DNA of 64,000 nt from a virus (lineage: Duplodnaviria > Caudoviricetes): the IMG/VR virus record IMGVR_UViG_3300024229_000651; one strand, 5' to 3'. Below the pieces are notes generated by a model that saw only the letters and a list, made by a program, of their open reading frames with translations, did not search any database and was not told where the DNA came from. Below, in pieces: positions 9,568 through 19,816 of this stretch. The translations under genes were made by a program, and so were the position numbers. Each line of letters opens with the position of its first letter. Position 1 is the first letter of the stretch.

Positions 9568-10832
9568 AGTTTTTCTCCTGGCACAAAGCCTCTAAATGTT
9601 TTAAAACGTGGGAATCTTAAACTGTATGCTGAGTTGTCTTGACTGATTGTAACAGCATCAGCTCGTATTTCAACTAATTGTCCGATAGCAGAATCTTTCA
9701 CAGCCCATACATCTTTACGCATGTCATCGGTAAGCCCACTGCCCACGTTAAGGTGAAAGAACTTTCCGTCGTCTTCACCTTCAACAACCAACGCACCTAA
9801 CATGTCAGCATTCTTACCAGTACCTTCTTCTACACCCACTACTTCGAGTGTTACCTCAATGAAGGGCTTGATCTTCAACCATGCATGACTTCGCTTGCAA
9901 TGGTACAAAGCATCCACAGGCTTTACCATAAGACCCTCGTAACCTTCGTCTAACGCACGTTTATTCATATCAGCAAATTGTGTACGTCCGTTGTCTGTGT
10001 CTAAGTCTACAAGAGTGGCATCCACTACACGGATTGTATCGTCGAGCAACTCTGTTAATGCTTCTAGTCTGTGCCTACGAATACCTGCATTCTCTTTGCT
10101 TACGCCTGCATGGAATTCGTCAATACTGATAAAGTCAAACAGTGCTAAGTATGCATCTTGTGTTTGAGCACCTTCCTTCCTATGCACCTGTTTCATAAGG
10201 GCCTGGAAGTTCTCGCTCATTACTTCTCCGTCGAAAACAATACCATTGAACTCTGTCTTGCTAAGGGCCTCTTCAATATGTGGGAAGTTGGAAAGTAGTT
10301 TCCCGTTGCGGCTATATAGTGTTGCGCAGCCATTTTGCACAATAGCAATAACACGCACACCATCATACTTGTATTCAACGAAGCATTTTCCTGCAATCTT
10401 CTTTTCATGTTTAGCTCCATCGTGCGCTAACATACAACCGAACAATGGAATAGTGTCCTTTTGTACTTTGTTAAACAGTTTAGCACCAGTACCACAGCGT
10501 AGGTCTTTGATAAGAATTCTACGATACCAATCGTTCCATTGTTCGATTGTGCTGTTGTCTGCCATTGTTTGAATAGCATCTCTTGCGGCATATCCTGTGA
10601 GCTCTCTTTTAACTAACTCATCAGCTAACGATTTGAAGTCGTCCCAACTAACCCCAGGACCTATAGTGTCTGTGGTAGGCACTTGTTTTACACCAAACGT
10701 TACAAGCGGATCGATGCACATAGTAGCACCTTCGATAAACTCAGCATTGTCGATGTTGTCTTTGAGTATTACTTGCTTTGCTAGAATGCTATTGTCTGCC
10801 TCTAGTGCCTGTATGATATTCCACGGATTCAT
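9564..10832 (-). CDS. lig: ATP-dependent DNA ligase
   Basis: EYKYDGVR (motif I), FDGEV, LFDF, EGLMVK, WLKIKP, LRFPRF. Confidence 0.95.
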   Translation of the reverse strand: MNPWNIIQALEADNSILAKQVILKDNIDNAEFIEGATMCIDPLVTFGVKQVPTTDTIGPGVSWDDFKSLADELVKRELTGYAARDAIQTMADNSTIEQWNDWYRRILIKDLRCGTGAKLFNKVQKDTIPLFGCMLAHDGAKHEKKIAGKCFVEYKYDGVRVIAIVQNGCATLYSRNGKLLSNFPHIEEALSKTEFNGIVFDGEVMSENFQALMKQVHRKEGAQTQDAYLALFDFISIDEFHAGVSKENAGIRRHRLEALTELLDDTIRVVDATLVDLDTDNGRTQFADMNKRALDEGYEGLMVKPVDALYHCKRSHAWLKIKPFIEVTLEVVGVEEGTGKNADMLGALVVEGEDDGKFFHLNVGSGLTDDMRKDVWAVKDSAIGQLVEIRADAVTISQDNSAYSLRFPRFKTFRGFVPGEKL

Positions 10833-11335
10833 TAAATGTTGCTCCAGCTGATAGTAGGACGAGTATCGCCCTTACCGTTCCAATCGATAGTGCAACCACA
10901 TTCCTCAATAATAGGAAGAATTGCTTTTAAATTCTTTACACCTGTCTTGTCACCATTAAAGCAGAATGTGCTGTCGTGCTGTGCTTCAGGAGTAAGGCAA
11001 GTAAACCCACCCACACTGTGGTCCAAGTCACGTTCGTCACCATCGTAACCTTCCATGTAGTAACCTTCACCATCGCACCGTTCGCATTCGAACCACTCAC
11101 CGGCTTCGTCTTCTTCGCCCATTTCGCCATGGCAACCCATGCAAGTTTCTTCTTCTAACTCTGCCTCACAATCCTGGCTGTGGTTAAACAACACCTTATC
11201 TAAATTAATTTCAGTGCCGTCTTCAAACTCGTCAGGTAATTCGTTCCATGCACAACTTTGGCAACAAGGCATGTTCCAGCCCACAAACCAACCTTCTTCA
11301 CGCAGGCGCTCCTGCATCTTTCTAAACCCGTTCAT
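10832..11335 (-). CDS. hypothetical protein with DnaJ-like CxxCxG zinc motifs
   Basis: CMGCHG and CERCDGEG; start at MNGFRK. Confidence 0.6.
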   Translation of the reverse strand: MNGFRKMQERLREEGWFVGWNMPCCQSCAWNELPDEFEDGTEINLDKVLFNHSQDCEAELEEETCMGCHGEMGEEDEAGEWFECERCDGEGYYMEGYDGDERDLDHSVGGFTCLTPEAQHDSTFCFNGDKTGVKNLKAILPIIEECGCTIDWNGKGDTRPTISWSNI

Positions 11336-11702
11336 TGCGATACTCCAACTCGTTCTGCATAGCAGTTTTGATTGCTTCGTTGATACTTGATACATTTTCC
11401 AATACTGCCTGAATATGATCGGTATCCATATCGCACAATCTTTTGTAAGTTAAAGGTTGATCACCTTTAATACCATACGTACCCCAAACACATTCCTCAC
11501 GTACTAGATCATGCGGATCATCTAGTGTGACAGTTATGTATTCTTCGTCACCATTAGCACTACAACGAATGTATTGAAGACCGCCGTCTATCATATACTC
11601 TTTGCCATTTGCATCCACGTGAGTAACATAGTCGTGCACATGTCGGCTACGAATAATTGTACCGTCAGGTGTTTTTAATGCGTTAGAAATTAAGTTGTTC
11701 AT
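11322..11702 (-). CDS. conserved hypothetical phage protein
   Basis: SRHVHDY...IDGG pattern; start at MNNLIS. Confidence 0.65.
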   Translation of the reverse strand: MNNLISNALKTPDGTIIRSRHVHDYVTHVDANGKEYMIDGGLQYIRCSANGDEEYITVTLDDPHDLVREECVWGTYGIKGDQPLTYKRLCDMDTDHIQAVLENVSSINEAIKTAMQNELEYRNERV

Positions 11703-11710
11703 AGTATCAA

Positions 11711-11929
11711 TCACCACCCTGATGTCCAATGCTTATATTCTTCCTTACAATGAAACGCACCACATATACATTCGCCTGGTTGCAGTTCTTCATTAGGATC
11801 AATGTGTCCTGCAGGATCGTCATTGAAAAATGACCAAGCAAACTCTTCTGCTTGATCATCTGACATACCCAGTGCAATCGCTTGCTCAAACTTGTCTTCG
11901 AGCAAAGTTTCGTTGTAGTGGTTGCTCAT
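11711..11929 (-). CDS. small acidic hypothetical protein with C-terminal Cys/His cluster
   Basis: 72 aa; CICGAFHC...H. Confidence 0.55.
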   Translation of the reverse strand: MSNHYNETLLEDKFEQAIALGMSDDQAEEFAWSFFNDDPAGHIDPNEELQPGECICGAFHCKEEYKHWTSGW

Positions 11930-11932
11930 CGC

Positions 11933-12277
11933 CTACGCTCCAGTGTGAGCGGCAATAGCAGCATGAACGGCCTCAACTGCCTGAGACTTAAAGCCTCCAA
12001 TATGCCAATTGTAGTCAGCACCACTTCGACTGCGCATGCCACCATCATAATCTTTCCAGTCGTAGACTGTAGCAAACACAGTTTCTACTTCGCCGAAGTC
12101 CTCAACTTCAAAACAAAGTTCCCACTCAGTGCTTACTTTTTCATCACCACTGGGAGTATCGTGATGAGGAGCACCAAAAACTTCAACTAGGGTGTCAAAG
12201 TCTACATCAATATACCCTTGTAGCGAAGACATGTTCTGGCGACCTTGGTCAACATTAAGAATTTTCATTACTAGCAT
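11933..12277 (-). CDS. hypothetical protein
   Basis: 114 aa; GGAGG RBS. Confidence 0.65.
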   Translation of the reverse strand: MLVMKILNVDQGRQNMSSLQGYIDVDFDTLVEVFGAPHHDTPSGDEKVSTEWELCFEVEDFGEVETVFATVYDWKDYDGGMRSRSGADYNWHIGGFKSQAVEAVHAAIAAHTGA

Positions 12278-12510
12278 CCTCCATTTTCAAAATTTATAAC
12301 TTCGCGACCTTCTGCAAACAGCATCAGCTCTGTGGCCACTACACGAGCCTCGTCACGAGTGAGCTGAACCTTGTTAAACATTTCCCCAGTGAAGTCAACT
12401 GCTTCGACTTTACGCTGAGTGATTTGAATACAAGTACCGCGGTCGCCCCCACCAAAAAAACGTGTTTGACTGATATCTGTTGTGGGGACGTTGCGTAGAT
12501 CTGTTGACAT
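12271..12510 (-). CDS. hypothetical protein
   Basis: 79 aa downstream of a promoter. Confidence 0.65.
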   Translation of the reverse strand: MSTDLRNVPTTDISQTRFFGGGDRGTCIQITQRKVEAVDFTGEMFNKVQLTRDEARVVATELMLFAEGREVINFENGGC

Positions 12511-12542
12511 ATTTTCTGCTCTTTATTGTTTAATATGTATAT

Positions 12543-12571
12543 ATTATACCGGAAAAAGTGGCTAAAGTCAA
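12543..12571 (-). promoter_or_regulatory. sigma70-type early promoter
   Basis: TTGACT-17-TATAAT. Confidence 0.85.
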
Positions 12572-12576
12572 CCTTT

Positions 12577-12984
12577 TTATGCCGACCAATATGACTCACT
12601 AAGTGGGCTCATGTAGTAAGGCTCGTTGATTGAAGCGGTGTGAGTGATCTCTTTGCCACTGCCAGGGCATATGCCTGTTGTGGTGATCATGGGTTCGATG
12701 AGAGCATACTCTTCTGAGTGCATTACACGATACCGAGCACGATCAGTGAGGTTACTCTTCTTTGCGTCACGAGCGGCGTTGTAGTTGCGAGCAGTGTAGT
12801 CCGGCTTACCTTGTGCTTCAACTTCAGCAACTTCGTCCAGTGCTTTTTGGTAGTACTTCACAGTGCGAGTGATACCAGCTTTGGCAGCACCTTCAGAAGC
12901 ATAACGATTTGATTCCCAACTTCTGCGTGAAGGCTCACGGTAAATTGAGTTGTTTTCAGTGTTAACGATTAAATATGAACCCAT
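12577..12984 (-). CDS. hypothetical phage protein
   Basis: 135 aa; AGAG RBS; has its own promoter. Confidence 0.7.
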   Translation of the reverse strand: MGSYLIVNTENNSIYREPSRRSWESNRYASEGAAKAGITRTVKYYQKALDEVAEVEAQGKPDYTARNYNAARDAKKSNLTDRARYRVMHSEEYALIEPMITTTGICPGSGKEITHTASINEPYYMSPLSESYWSA

Positions 12985-13017
12985 CTTTTTCTACTCTCTT
13001 TTTTAAACTATGCATAT

Positions 13018-13046
13018 ATTATACCAGAAATACTGGCAGAAGTCAA
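13018..13046 (-). promoter_or_regulatory. sigma70-type early promoter
   Basis: TTGACT-17-TATAAT. Confidence 0.85.
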
Positions 13047-13051
13047 CCTTT

Positions 13052-13339
13052 TTAGGCGTATGAATCGTTCTTTTTTAAGAACCAACGCTCTAAGATAGGA
13101 CCGCCTTCGTCCTCATCTACAATGATATAAGCCACGGTCTTCTTCACATTGGCAAATCGCCATCCGCTCATGCCAGCAATACCTTCGCCGCCAACCCATA
13201 CTTTATGTGGGTAGTTAAGGGCAAATCCAACAGGAGCACCTTCGTAAGTCTCGTCGTTGACACTGTACTCGAAGTAATTGCCTGTGTCCTTCTCAACGAA
13301 GCAACCGATTGGATCTTTGGTGTATGTGTAATATGCCAT
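13052..13339 (-). CDS. hypothetical phage protein
   Basis: 95 aa with its own promoter. Confidence 0.7.
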   Translation of the reverse strand: MAYYTYTKDPIGCFVEKDTGNYFEYSVNDETYEGAPVGFALNYPHKVWVGGEGIAGMSGWRFANVKKTVAYIIVDEDEGGPILERWFLKKNDSYA

Positions 13340-13371
13340 ATGCTCTGCCCTTTGCCCTAACTATGTATACT

Positions 13372-13399
13372 ATTATACTGGTTTTTGGGCAAAAGTCAA
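13372..13399 (-). promoter_or_regulatory. sigma70-type early promoter
   Basis: TTGACT-16-TATAAT. Confidence 0.8.
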
Positions 13400-13428
13400 C
13401 CTTTTTGCCAGAAAAAATGGTAAGAATT

Positions 13429-13480
13429 GTAAGTGCTTGTTTTTAATGAAGAAAAAATTCTAATAAAAACAAGCACTTAC
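13429..13480. repeat. perfect 17-bp inverted repeat of the TAAGTGCTTG motif
   Basis: GTAAGTGCTTGTTTTTA-18 nt-TAAAAACAAGCACTTAC. Confidence 0.9.
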
Positions 13481-13500
13481 ACACTTTGCTACAATCAGTC

Positions 13501-13522
13501 AAAAAAAAGCCCCCGAAGGGGC
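13501..13522 (-). terminator. intrinsic terminator
   Basis: GCCCC-TTCG-GGGGC followed by T8 on the minus strand. Confidence 0.9.
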
Positions 13523-13528
13523 AGTAGG

Positions 13529-13807
13529 TTAAAAATCACAGATCTTGTTTGCCAGCTCGTTACGGGCATCCCTTTCTGCCAGCTGTCGGTTAGCATATAA
13601 CCTTGCTTCAAATTCAGAACGTCCCATCTTTAAAGCAGCTTCAGTGTGGCTTTTGAGGAATCGTTCTCGTTCATTGTGGTAATCCTGTTCCATTTCATCC
13701 AGCAAATCGTCTAGGTTGCTTATCATGTTGTCAAATGCAGCATCGCTCTCATAGTATGCTTGATCACGTTGTGCTTTACGTGCGGTGAAATCAATTACAT
13801 TACTCAT
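13529..13807 (-). CDS. hypothetical protein
   Basis: MSNVIDF start with GGAG RBS. Confidence 0.65.
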   Translation of the reverse strand: MSNVIDFTARKAQRDQAYYESDAAFDNMISNLDDLLDEMEQDYHNERERFLKSHTEAALKMGRSEFEARLYANRQLAERDARNELANKICDF

Positions 13808-13817
13808 GTTATGCTCC

Positions 13818-14159
13818 TTATGCTGCAATCGCTGATTTTTTGATACTGTAAATAATGCCCTGCTTGCTGGCTTTGCGCTGCCATCCCTGACTTTCCAGAT
13901 AATCCACATAGTCAGTGTATTTGGCTACGTCCTGGATGTTACGGTTAAACACTTTGATACTTGCAAGCGTTTTACGGTAATTAAGTTTGGTTTCGCTATC
14001 AAAGTGCAACATGCTTAATACTTGCTCTGCACGTTCTAGTCTTAGTTGCAATTCTGCACTAAAGTGCGTTTTGTTTGCAGCGTTAGTGGTCTCTGCATTA
14101 AGTGCTGCAAAGTATTTTTGTTGAGCTGTTTCTGCTTCTACTGTGTTGATAAATTTCAT
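13818..14159 (-). CDS. hypothetical protein
   Basis: 113 aa; AGGAG RBS. Confidence 0.65.
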   Translation of the reverse strand: MKFINTVEAETAQQKYFAALNAETTNAANKTHFSAELQLRLERAEQVLSMLHFDSETKLNYRKTLASIKVFNRNIQDVAKYTDYVDYLESQGWQRKASKQGIIYSIKKSAIAA

Positions 14160-14479
14160 ATATTTTCTCCTGGCCTATTTCTGAGGCGGATTGTTTAAAA
14201 TTAATGTTTTAGGTTTGTGGATTGCGTTTTTAGTTATGTGTGTATACTAGCATGCATTTTGTAAGTGCAATACTTGCTACACAAAACAGTGTTGGTTGCT
14301 AGCCTTCTGTGTGCTAGTCGTTTGCCCTCTACTGTGCCCTAGCTTTAGGTTCTAGGTAACCTTATTACAGTGTTTATAATAGCAAAAGACACTAGATAAG
14401 TCAAATTTATGATGTGTTGTAAGTGCTTGATTTTATTGAAATTTTAAAAATAATGCAGATATTTGCACTAAAATACTGG

Positions 14480-14992
14480 TTAAAATATGAATTTTTCCCA
14501 GCTGGGATGCTTGATATGCACAGACATAGCGGTCTTGTTCTTTACTAGATCATAGTAACTTGGTGGGACAGGTTTCCTTGACGGCAAAGGAGTCAGGTCA
14601 TTTCCCTTATCACTGTTACACGGCTGACATGCTGTAACTACATTTTCAAAGGAAGTGTCTCCGCCTTTACTTACCGGAAGTACATGGTCTATGGTAGCAG
14701 TGCTGTAGGATAGATCTATATCACAATACTGGCATTTAAAACTGTCTCGTAGAAATACATTGTACTTGGAAAATCTAACTTTGGTGTTTTTCCTTACGTA
14801 TGTCTTTATCATTATCACGGCAGGAACTTTAGTTTCCCACGTGGGACTGCTGACCATCCATTCGTCATACCATTCTAGTACATGTACTTTGTCGAGCACC
14901 ATATACTTAACAGACTCTTGCCAACTAATTGCGCTAAGTGGAAGCACTGAGTAAGGTTTACCGTCTGCATTCAATACCAATGTGTCGCTCAC
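14480..14992 (-). CDS. HNH endonuclease
   Basis: RDSFKCQYC...TIDHVLPVSKGG...NVVTACQPCNSDK. Confidence 0.92.
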   Translation of the reverse strand: MSDTLVLNADGKPYSVLPLSAISWQESVKYMVLDKVHVLEWYDEWMVSSPTWETKVPAVIMIKTYVRKNTKVRFSKYNVFLRDSFKCQYCDIDLSYSTATIDHVLPVSKGGDTSFENVVTACQPCNSDKGNDLTPLPSRKPVPPSYYDLVKNKTAMSVHIKHPSWEKFIF

Positions 14993-15021
14993 GACAAACT
15001 CCTATTATCTAATAGTTTTAT

Positions 15022-16095
15022 TTACGCAAAGTCTGTGTAATTCTCTTTAAAACTGATTTCGAAACGGTCAGCAAGTTCTTTCATAAAGGTGCCACTACTA
15101 TGACTAGCGTCTCTACCAACTTCGTTGAATATGTCGGGACACCATTCTCTTTCAACAATCAATCCTTTCCTTTGATAATATTTGTAGGCATCATTGGGAT
15201 TTTCAGTATCATTGGCTAATATAGCTTGGGGTATCTTATAACTAGACTTCTCGTCTATTTGTTGAACCAGTGACTCATCATCGAACCCAGCCATTCGATC
15301 ATTGACATACTCTACTATCGGTACATTGTGCGCCCGGCATAATAAAATTAGGTATTCTCGCTTAATTAAAAACTCTGTTACTATATGCATTTCACTTTTC
15401 GCAAAGTGACCTTTAGCTACCAGTTTAACGTCTAGCGGCAGATCGTCTCTGGGGTCAGCAGGCGAAATCGGAAAAACATCTTTCGACAGTTTGTTCCCTG
15501 GAATACCATCGATAATTGTGGACATAATATCTTCCTCGACTCGACTAGCATTGTCTGATACTATTAATGTTCTATATAAATCGGGCCACCATACTGCTAC
15601 TGCCTTAGGTATGTACCCTTTATCGAAAAACGCTCTAGCAACCCATATGCAATAATCCACGCCTTGCCCACCAGAGCCTAAATTCCAATTAGGCAGGTTT
15701 AAAGCATTCGCTACACGTTGCGGCCAGGCTTCATGGTCTCTAACTCCTACACCAAATGTATGACTGCACCCTAGGCTCATTAGCCCGGGCATGCTTTTTT
15801 CAAAGTTGTCAGGTGTTCTAAAGTTTCTGTTGTTTGTGGTGTACAACATCTCGTCTGGATCGTTGTATGGCCTATGGGAATGCTGGTTTGATCTTATTTT
15901 TAATAAGTGTTGGTTACTTTCTCTACTCCAGTATTTTGGGTGATCCGACGGAACATATTGTACTTGATGGAAGCCATTAGGTAGTTTTTTTACAATGCCG
16001 TTACCACCTTCAATCCCATCGTGGTAGTCCATTAACCTCGGTAGCCTTGTTTGTGGGCCAATTGGTGGTATATGATTAAAGTTTGGTGAGGACAT
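15022..16095 (-). CDS. SGNH-like hypothetical protein
   Basis: LGCSHTFGVG, NLGSGGQG and DASH blocks. Confidence 0.5.
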   Translation of the reverse strand: MSSPNFNHIPPIGPQTRLPRLMDYHDGIEGGNGIVKKLPNGFHQVQYVPSDHPKYWSRESNQHLLKIRSNQHSHRPYNDPDEMLYTTNNRNFRTPDNFEKSMPGLMSLGCSHTFGVGVRDHEAWPQRVANALNLPNWNLGSGGQGVDYCIWVARAFFDKGYIPKAVAVWWPDLYRTLIVSDNASRVEEDIMSTIIDGIPGNKLSKDVFPISPADPRDDLPLDVKLVAKGHFAKSEMHIVTEFLIKREYLILLCRAHNVPIVEYVNDRMAGFDDESLVQQIDEKSSYKIPQAILANDTENPNDAYKYYQRKGLIVEREWCPDIFNEVGRDASHSSGTFMKELADRFEISFKENYTDFA

Positions 16096-16096
16096 G

Positions 16097-16471
16097 TTAA
16101 TCTAGATCTTTAGCAAATTTTTCTACACTGGAGTCAGACAGTTTAAGCCACATAGCATCGTCCCCATTGAATAGATATAGAAATTTCTTATCTAGGTAGT
16201 AAGGCCACTGCATTTTTTCATGCAGTTTGATTAATAGAGATTTTTGTAGACCGGAATCTCCTAACATAAATTTATACGCCTCATATCTTTTTGATAGTAC
16301 TTTGAAGCCTGTTGACGTTAATCTCAGACCTGACACAGTTGTGTCAGTATGTTGTAGATTTTTAAACATCATATAGCAGACCTCTTTGACTGTGAGAGGG
16401 GCCAATGCTTGGGTGTCTTGTTTTATTGCGCTACAAATTTGATATTGTATACTATTCTGCAATGTCGCCAT
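16097..16471 (-). CDS. hypothetical protein
   Basis: 124-aa ORF within an operon. Confidence 0.65.
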   Translation of the reverse strand: MATLQNSIQYQICSAIKQDTQALAPLTVKEVCYMMFKNLQHTDTTVSGLRLTSTGFKVLSKRYEAYKFMLGDSGLQKSLLIKLHEKMQWPYYLDKKFLYLFNGDDAMWLKLSDSSVEKFAKDLD

Positions 16472-16766
16472 TGATCTTATTTTCTATAATCTCAACGCCT
16501 TCAGTTAATCTTACTACAGTAAACTCTTTTGTATTAAAAGTTTTGTTTAGCTTTTCTGCAAGATTAAATGCATGGCCACTATTGCTAAAGGACACCTTTT
16601 TATATTTAGGTCCAGGGTAAGATACTAATTTGTTGAGTGTGCGTAAATTAATTGGATTACCTTGGTAAAAGACGCTGTAGATAGCATCAGCTGCAAGAAT
16701 TTGCTCTGCTCTGTATGTATCTTTATAAACTGCTTCTAACAGTATCGTGGGCTTTGGTCTACTCAT
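16452..16766 (-). CDS. hypothetical protein
   Basis: 104 aa; GATAAATA at 16790-16797. Confidence 0.7.
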   Translation of the reverse strand: MSRPKPTILLEAVYKDTYRAEQILAADAIYSVFYQGNPINLRTLNKLVSYPGPKYKKVSFSNSGHAFNLAEKLNKTFNTKEFTVVRLTEGVEIIENKINGDIAE

Positions 16767-16827
16767 GAGTGTATAGTCTCCTATACACTTATTTATCTAA
16801 AAAACAGTTAAAGCAAGTTTTAATAAA

Positions 16828-17064
16828 TCAAACAATATCTTTTTCTTTTAGAATTGCCATGAACTGTGTATACCCTCCAATGCTTTCTCCGTCTACAACA
16901 ATCTGGGGGAATGTTTTTGCGTTAGGGAATTGCTCTAGAAGTTCGTCTCTATTATAGTCCACATCTAGTTTCTTGACCGTATAATCGAGGTCACAAGACT
17001 GTGCTGCGTACTCTGCTGCGTCACAGTAAGGGCACTGTGGCTTGCTATATATTGTTACTTTCAT
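16828..17064 (-). CDS. grx: glutaredoxin
   Basis: CPYC, TFPQI and IGGY motifs. Confidence 0.93.
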   Translation of the reverse strand: MKVTIYSKPQCPYCDAAEYAAQSCDLDYTVKKLDVDYNRDELLEQFPNAKTFPQIVVDGESIGGYTQFMAILKEKDIV

Positions 17065-17186
17065 TTATTTTTCCTCTTTCTTTGATACCGCAGTTTATGC
17101 ATAAGGTGCCTAGTATCTCGTGCCAGAACCAGCCAACTTGAAAAGTGTCTCTATTACATTTACTACAGTATCTATTTATTTTAGGC

Positions 17187-17378
17187 TTATTCACTAGTGA
17201 AGTTTCCGCCGCTAAAAACTACCTCACTATCTTCTTTAGGGTCTGTTGACTTTATAGTAGCGACTTCTTTGAGCACTTCATTTAAAAATGTTGTGCTCAA
17301 CTCTACTGTAGGAACACCAGCATCAATGAGCTTTTCAATATGTACTTGTAGTTTTTCTACGGCAGACATCTCAGACAT
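17187..17378 (-). CDS. hypothetical protein
   Basis: 63 aa, overlaps the upstream stop. Confidence 0.55.
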   Translation of the reverse strand: MSEMSAVEKLQVHIEKLIDAGVPTVELSTTFLNEVLKEVATIKSTDPKEDSEVVFSGGNFTSE

Positions 17379-17904
17379 CTTGGATCTCGAGCATTGTTCT
17401 CTTCTGCTTATTCAATTGCTTTAGCCGTTGCTTTACTTCTATTTTAGATTTAAATGGACCTTCGTAGCCGTATTGTAATAACGTGCTAACTTTAGGACAG
17501 TTACCGCTCTTCCAACCTTTTTCAAAGTTAATGCAGTACCAACCAGCAGCATAAAACACTGTGCTAGATTCTGTTTTTGCAAACAACGGAATGTCTGCCA
17601 TATAGTACTCAGACTCTTTGTCTACAGGAACAGGATTGGGATAGTCTACTGCATACCCCTTGATATAAAATGTACTAGGTTGCGTAATATCAATAGTGGT
17701 TTCATCATCAAAAACAAAACTATTGTTAAAGAAATCTTTAACGTCTTCGCTGTTATCAAACAGTATAGTTTCTGTTTTGTCCAAATAAGTATACTTGTCT
17801 TGCACAGTTCTATGCAGGATTCCCACGTGCCGCTCATCGTCGTTTACAATCCAAGCATCCTCGCTGATCTTTTGCAACTGTACTTGATCTTTAAATTTAA
17901 TCAT
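17371..17904 (-). CDS. hypothetical phage protein
   Basis: 177-aa ORF within an operon. Confidence 0.7.
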   Translation of the reverse strand: MIKFKDQVQLQKISEDAWIVNDDERHVGILHRTVQDKYTYLDKTETILFDNSEDVKDFFNNSFVFDDETTIDITQPSTFYIKGYAVDYPNPVPVDKESEYYMADIPLFAKTESSTVFYAAGWYCINFEKGWKSGNCPKVSTLLQYGYEGPFKSKIEVKQRLKQLNKQKRTMLEIQDV

Positions 17905-18091
17905 TTCGACTTTCTCCTTTCACTAAAATTCTAGGTTCGCTTGTACCAAATTGTCTGGCATAAACAGTTTTACCACCGTCTGGTGATTCGTAAATGTAAG
18001 GAACCTTTCCCTGAGTTCCGTATCTTCGTTGATAGTTTGGATTTTTCAACTTCTCAAACATCTCATCAATGTTACTGTCTAACTCGCCCAC
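17897..18091 (-). CDS. small hypothetical protein
   Basis: YIYESPDGGKTVYAR pattern; overlaps both neighbours. Confidence 0.5.
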   Translation of the reverse strand: MGELDSNIDEMFEKLKNPNYQRRYGTQGKVPYIYESPDGGKTVYARQFGTSEPRILVKGESRND

Positions 18092-19064
18092 CCAACATCT
18101 CCGAATACTGTGATGCGCTCTCGCCCATTCGCTGCAAGTTCCACTTACCGCAGAACTTCATAAAGTGCAGTCCGATAGTACCTACAGCATCCTTTGCTGA
18201 TTGTTCTTCTATAGCAAGTTTGCATCGTGTCTTTACTTCTTCTGGTTGCAACGTGAGGTCAATCAATATACGATTACGTTCGAAGTCATCCTTAACACGA
18301 TGTTCTACATCTTCGTGGTCTACCCAACGTTGTAACATAAAGTTATTGTAGTCAAACCCAGCATTCTTTCTATCTGCAAATGCCTCTGCAATACCAATCT
18401 TATTCTTACTGCCTTTCTTCCTAGCACCAGGGTACGCACTGAACACGTTGTCAGTCGCATCACCACGCACACACTTCTCAAACAGAATATACTCAGGATC
18501 GCCTAATACCTTGTCTTCTCCTGTCTTCTTGTCTTTAACTATCTTACCTGTTTTGAGATCTTTAAACCCTTCAAGACTAACAACTTGATCAGTAGTGCCG
18601 TTATACTGCGTTACATTGGGAGCAATGAGCTGATAAAAGTCGCTGTCAGTACTAATAATGTAATGATTATCGTCTGGCTTCTGTTGGATCCAAGATGCTA
18701 TCAAATCATCTGCTTCTGCTGTAGGACAGTGTAGCACGGAGCAATTAGTCCTGTCCTTAAAGAACTGTACCATATCGTCGTATGCTTCAAAGTACATTTC
18801 ATCGTCTTCCTGCTCGCGGACACTACGCTTGTCTGCAACTACTTTACGGTTTGCTTTGTAAGGTGTAAAAAAGTCCTTACGCCAGCTACGGCCTTCTAAA
18901 CATAGTACGATATGATCACCATCGAACTCTCTCCAACACTTGTTTAAACTGTTAAACATGATATGCATAGCCATGCCAATTTTAGTATCAATGTCCTGAC
19001 CACGCCCACCTACATGCTTTGCTCGCATAAACATGTTTAAGCCGTCAACTAACAAGTAATTCAT
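18072..19064 (-). CDS. rnh: T4-type RNase H / 5'-3' exonuclease
   Basis: LVDG, YKANR, EADD, STDSDFYQL, GDATDNV. Confidence 0.92.
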   Translation of the reverse strand: MNYLLVDGLNMFMRAKHVGGRGQDIDTKIGMAMHIMFNSLNKCWREFDGDHIVLCLEGRSWRKDFFTPYKANRKVVADKRSVREQEDDEMYFEAYDDMVQFFKDRTNCSVLHCPTAEADDLIASWIQQKPDDNHYIISTDSDFYQLIAPNVTQYNGTTDQVVSLEGFKDLKTGKIVKDKKTGEDKVLGDPEYILFEKCVRGDATDNVFSAYPGARKKGSKNKIGIAEAFADRKNAGFDYNNFMLQRWVDHEDVEHRVKDDFERNRILIDLTLQPEEVKTRCKLAIEEQSAKDAVGTIGLHFMKFCGKWNLQRMGESASQYSEMLGGRVRQ

Positions 19065-19073
19065 ACAAATATC

Positions 19074-19313
19074 CTATATTTCATTAATGATATCATCGAA
19101 CGGACTATCTTCTGTCCATTGCTTAGTGACTATTTTACGCTCTTTTGCGGCAATAGTCAAGTCTTTTATGAGATCAATATTCATGGTAGAAAATTGTTTT
19201 AGCAATTGTAGTAGTTCATCGTCAGTTAAATCATCCACAAATGTTTTGATGCTAGGAGAAAGTATCTCTTTGACGTACTTGGCTAGCTTGGTTTCAGCTG
19301 TCGTCTGAGTCAT
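19074..19313 (-). CDS. hypothetical protein
   Basis: 79-aa ORF within an operon. Confidence 0.55.
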   Translation of the reverse strand: MTQTTAETKLAKYVKEILSPSIKTFVDDLTDDELLQLLKQFSTMNIDLIKDLTIAAKERKIVTKQWTEDSPFDDIINEI

Positions 19314-19815
19314 CGTCTTTGTTCCTATAACGGATTACGTCACCATTCTTACCATATCCACCTTCCAAACCAAAGTCCATGTCAGCTTGTTCTTGTAATA
19401 ACACAGTCCTGCATACATCGTTAAACCACAGATTAACAATGTCTTCGTCGCTTTTACCCTTGTATCCTGTGTCCATTAACATTTTAACAAATTCGTCGTT
19501 CCAGTCTAGTTCCATGAATCCTTGTTTAGGATCTTCTGGATTCACGTCAACGTTTTTAACGTCAACCCAAGGCTCGTGTTTTAAATTAGCAGATGTTTTA
19601 TGATACTCGCTTTGTGTGATATCCTCATGCTTTAATTCAATCTCGAGTTTTGCTAATTTAGCACTAACATCATCTTCTGCATTTATCTCTGCCAGTCTGA
19701 GTTCTAAGTCCTTACCGTCATAGTAGTACTCTGCTTCAGCTGTTTGTCGTGTCTTTCCTGATAGTCCCCAGCTCGCCGGTAGTAATTTAAACGGTATTAG
19801 TTTTTTATGTTTCAT
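19294..19815 (-). CDS. hypothetical phage protein
   Basis: 173-aa ORF within an operon. Confidence 0.7.
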   Translation of the reverse strand: MKHKKLIPFKLLPASWGLSGKTRQTAEAEYYYDGKDLELRLAEINAEDDVSAKLAKLEIELKHEDITQSEYHKTSANLKHEPWVDVKNVDVNPEDPKQGFMELDWNDEFVKMLMDTGYKGKSDEDIVNLWFNDVCRTVLLQEQADMDFGLEGGYGKNGDVIRYRNKDDDSDDS

Positions 19816-19816
19816 A

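Noticed and set aside
14280-14340. c-di-GMP-I riboswitch (GGCAAAC on the minus strand)
   Set aside because: It lacks the GNRA loop and the GACGCAAAG/P2 elements.
14480-14992. HNH as part of a mobile intron or Cas9/IscB system
   Set aside because: It is a free-standing 170-aa ORF with no RuvC motifs and no interrupted host gene.
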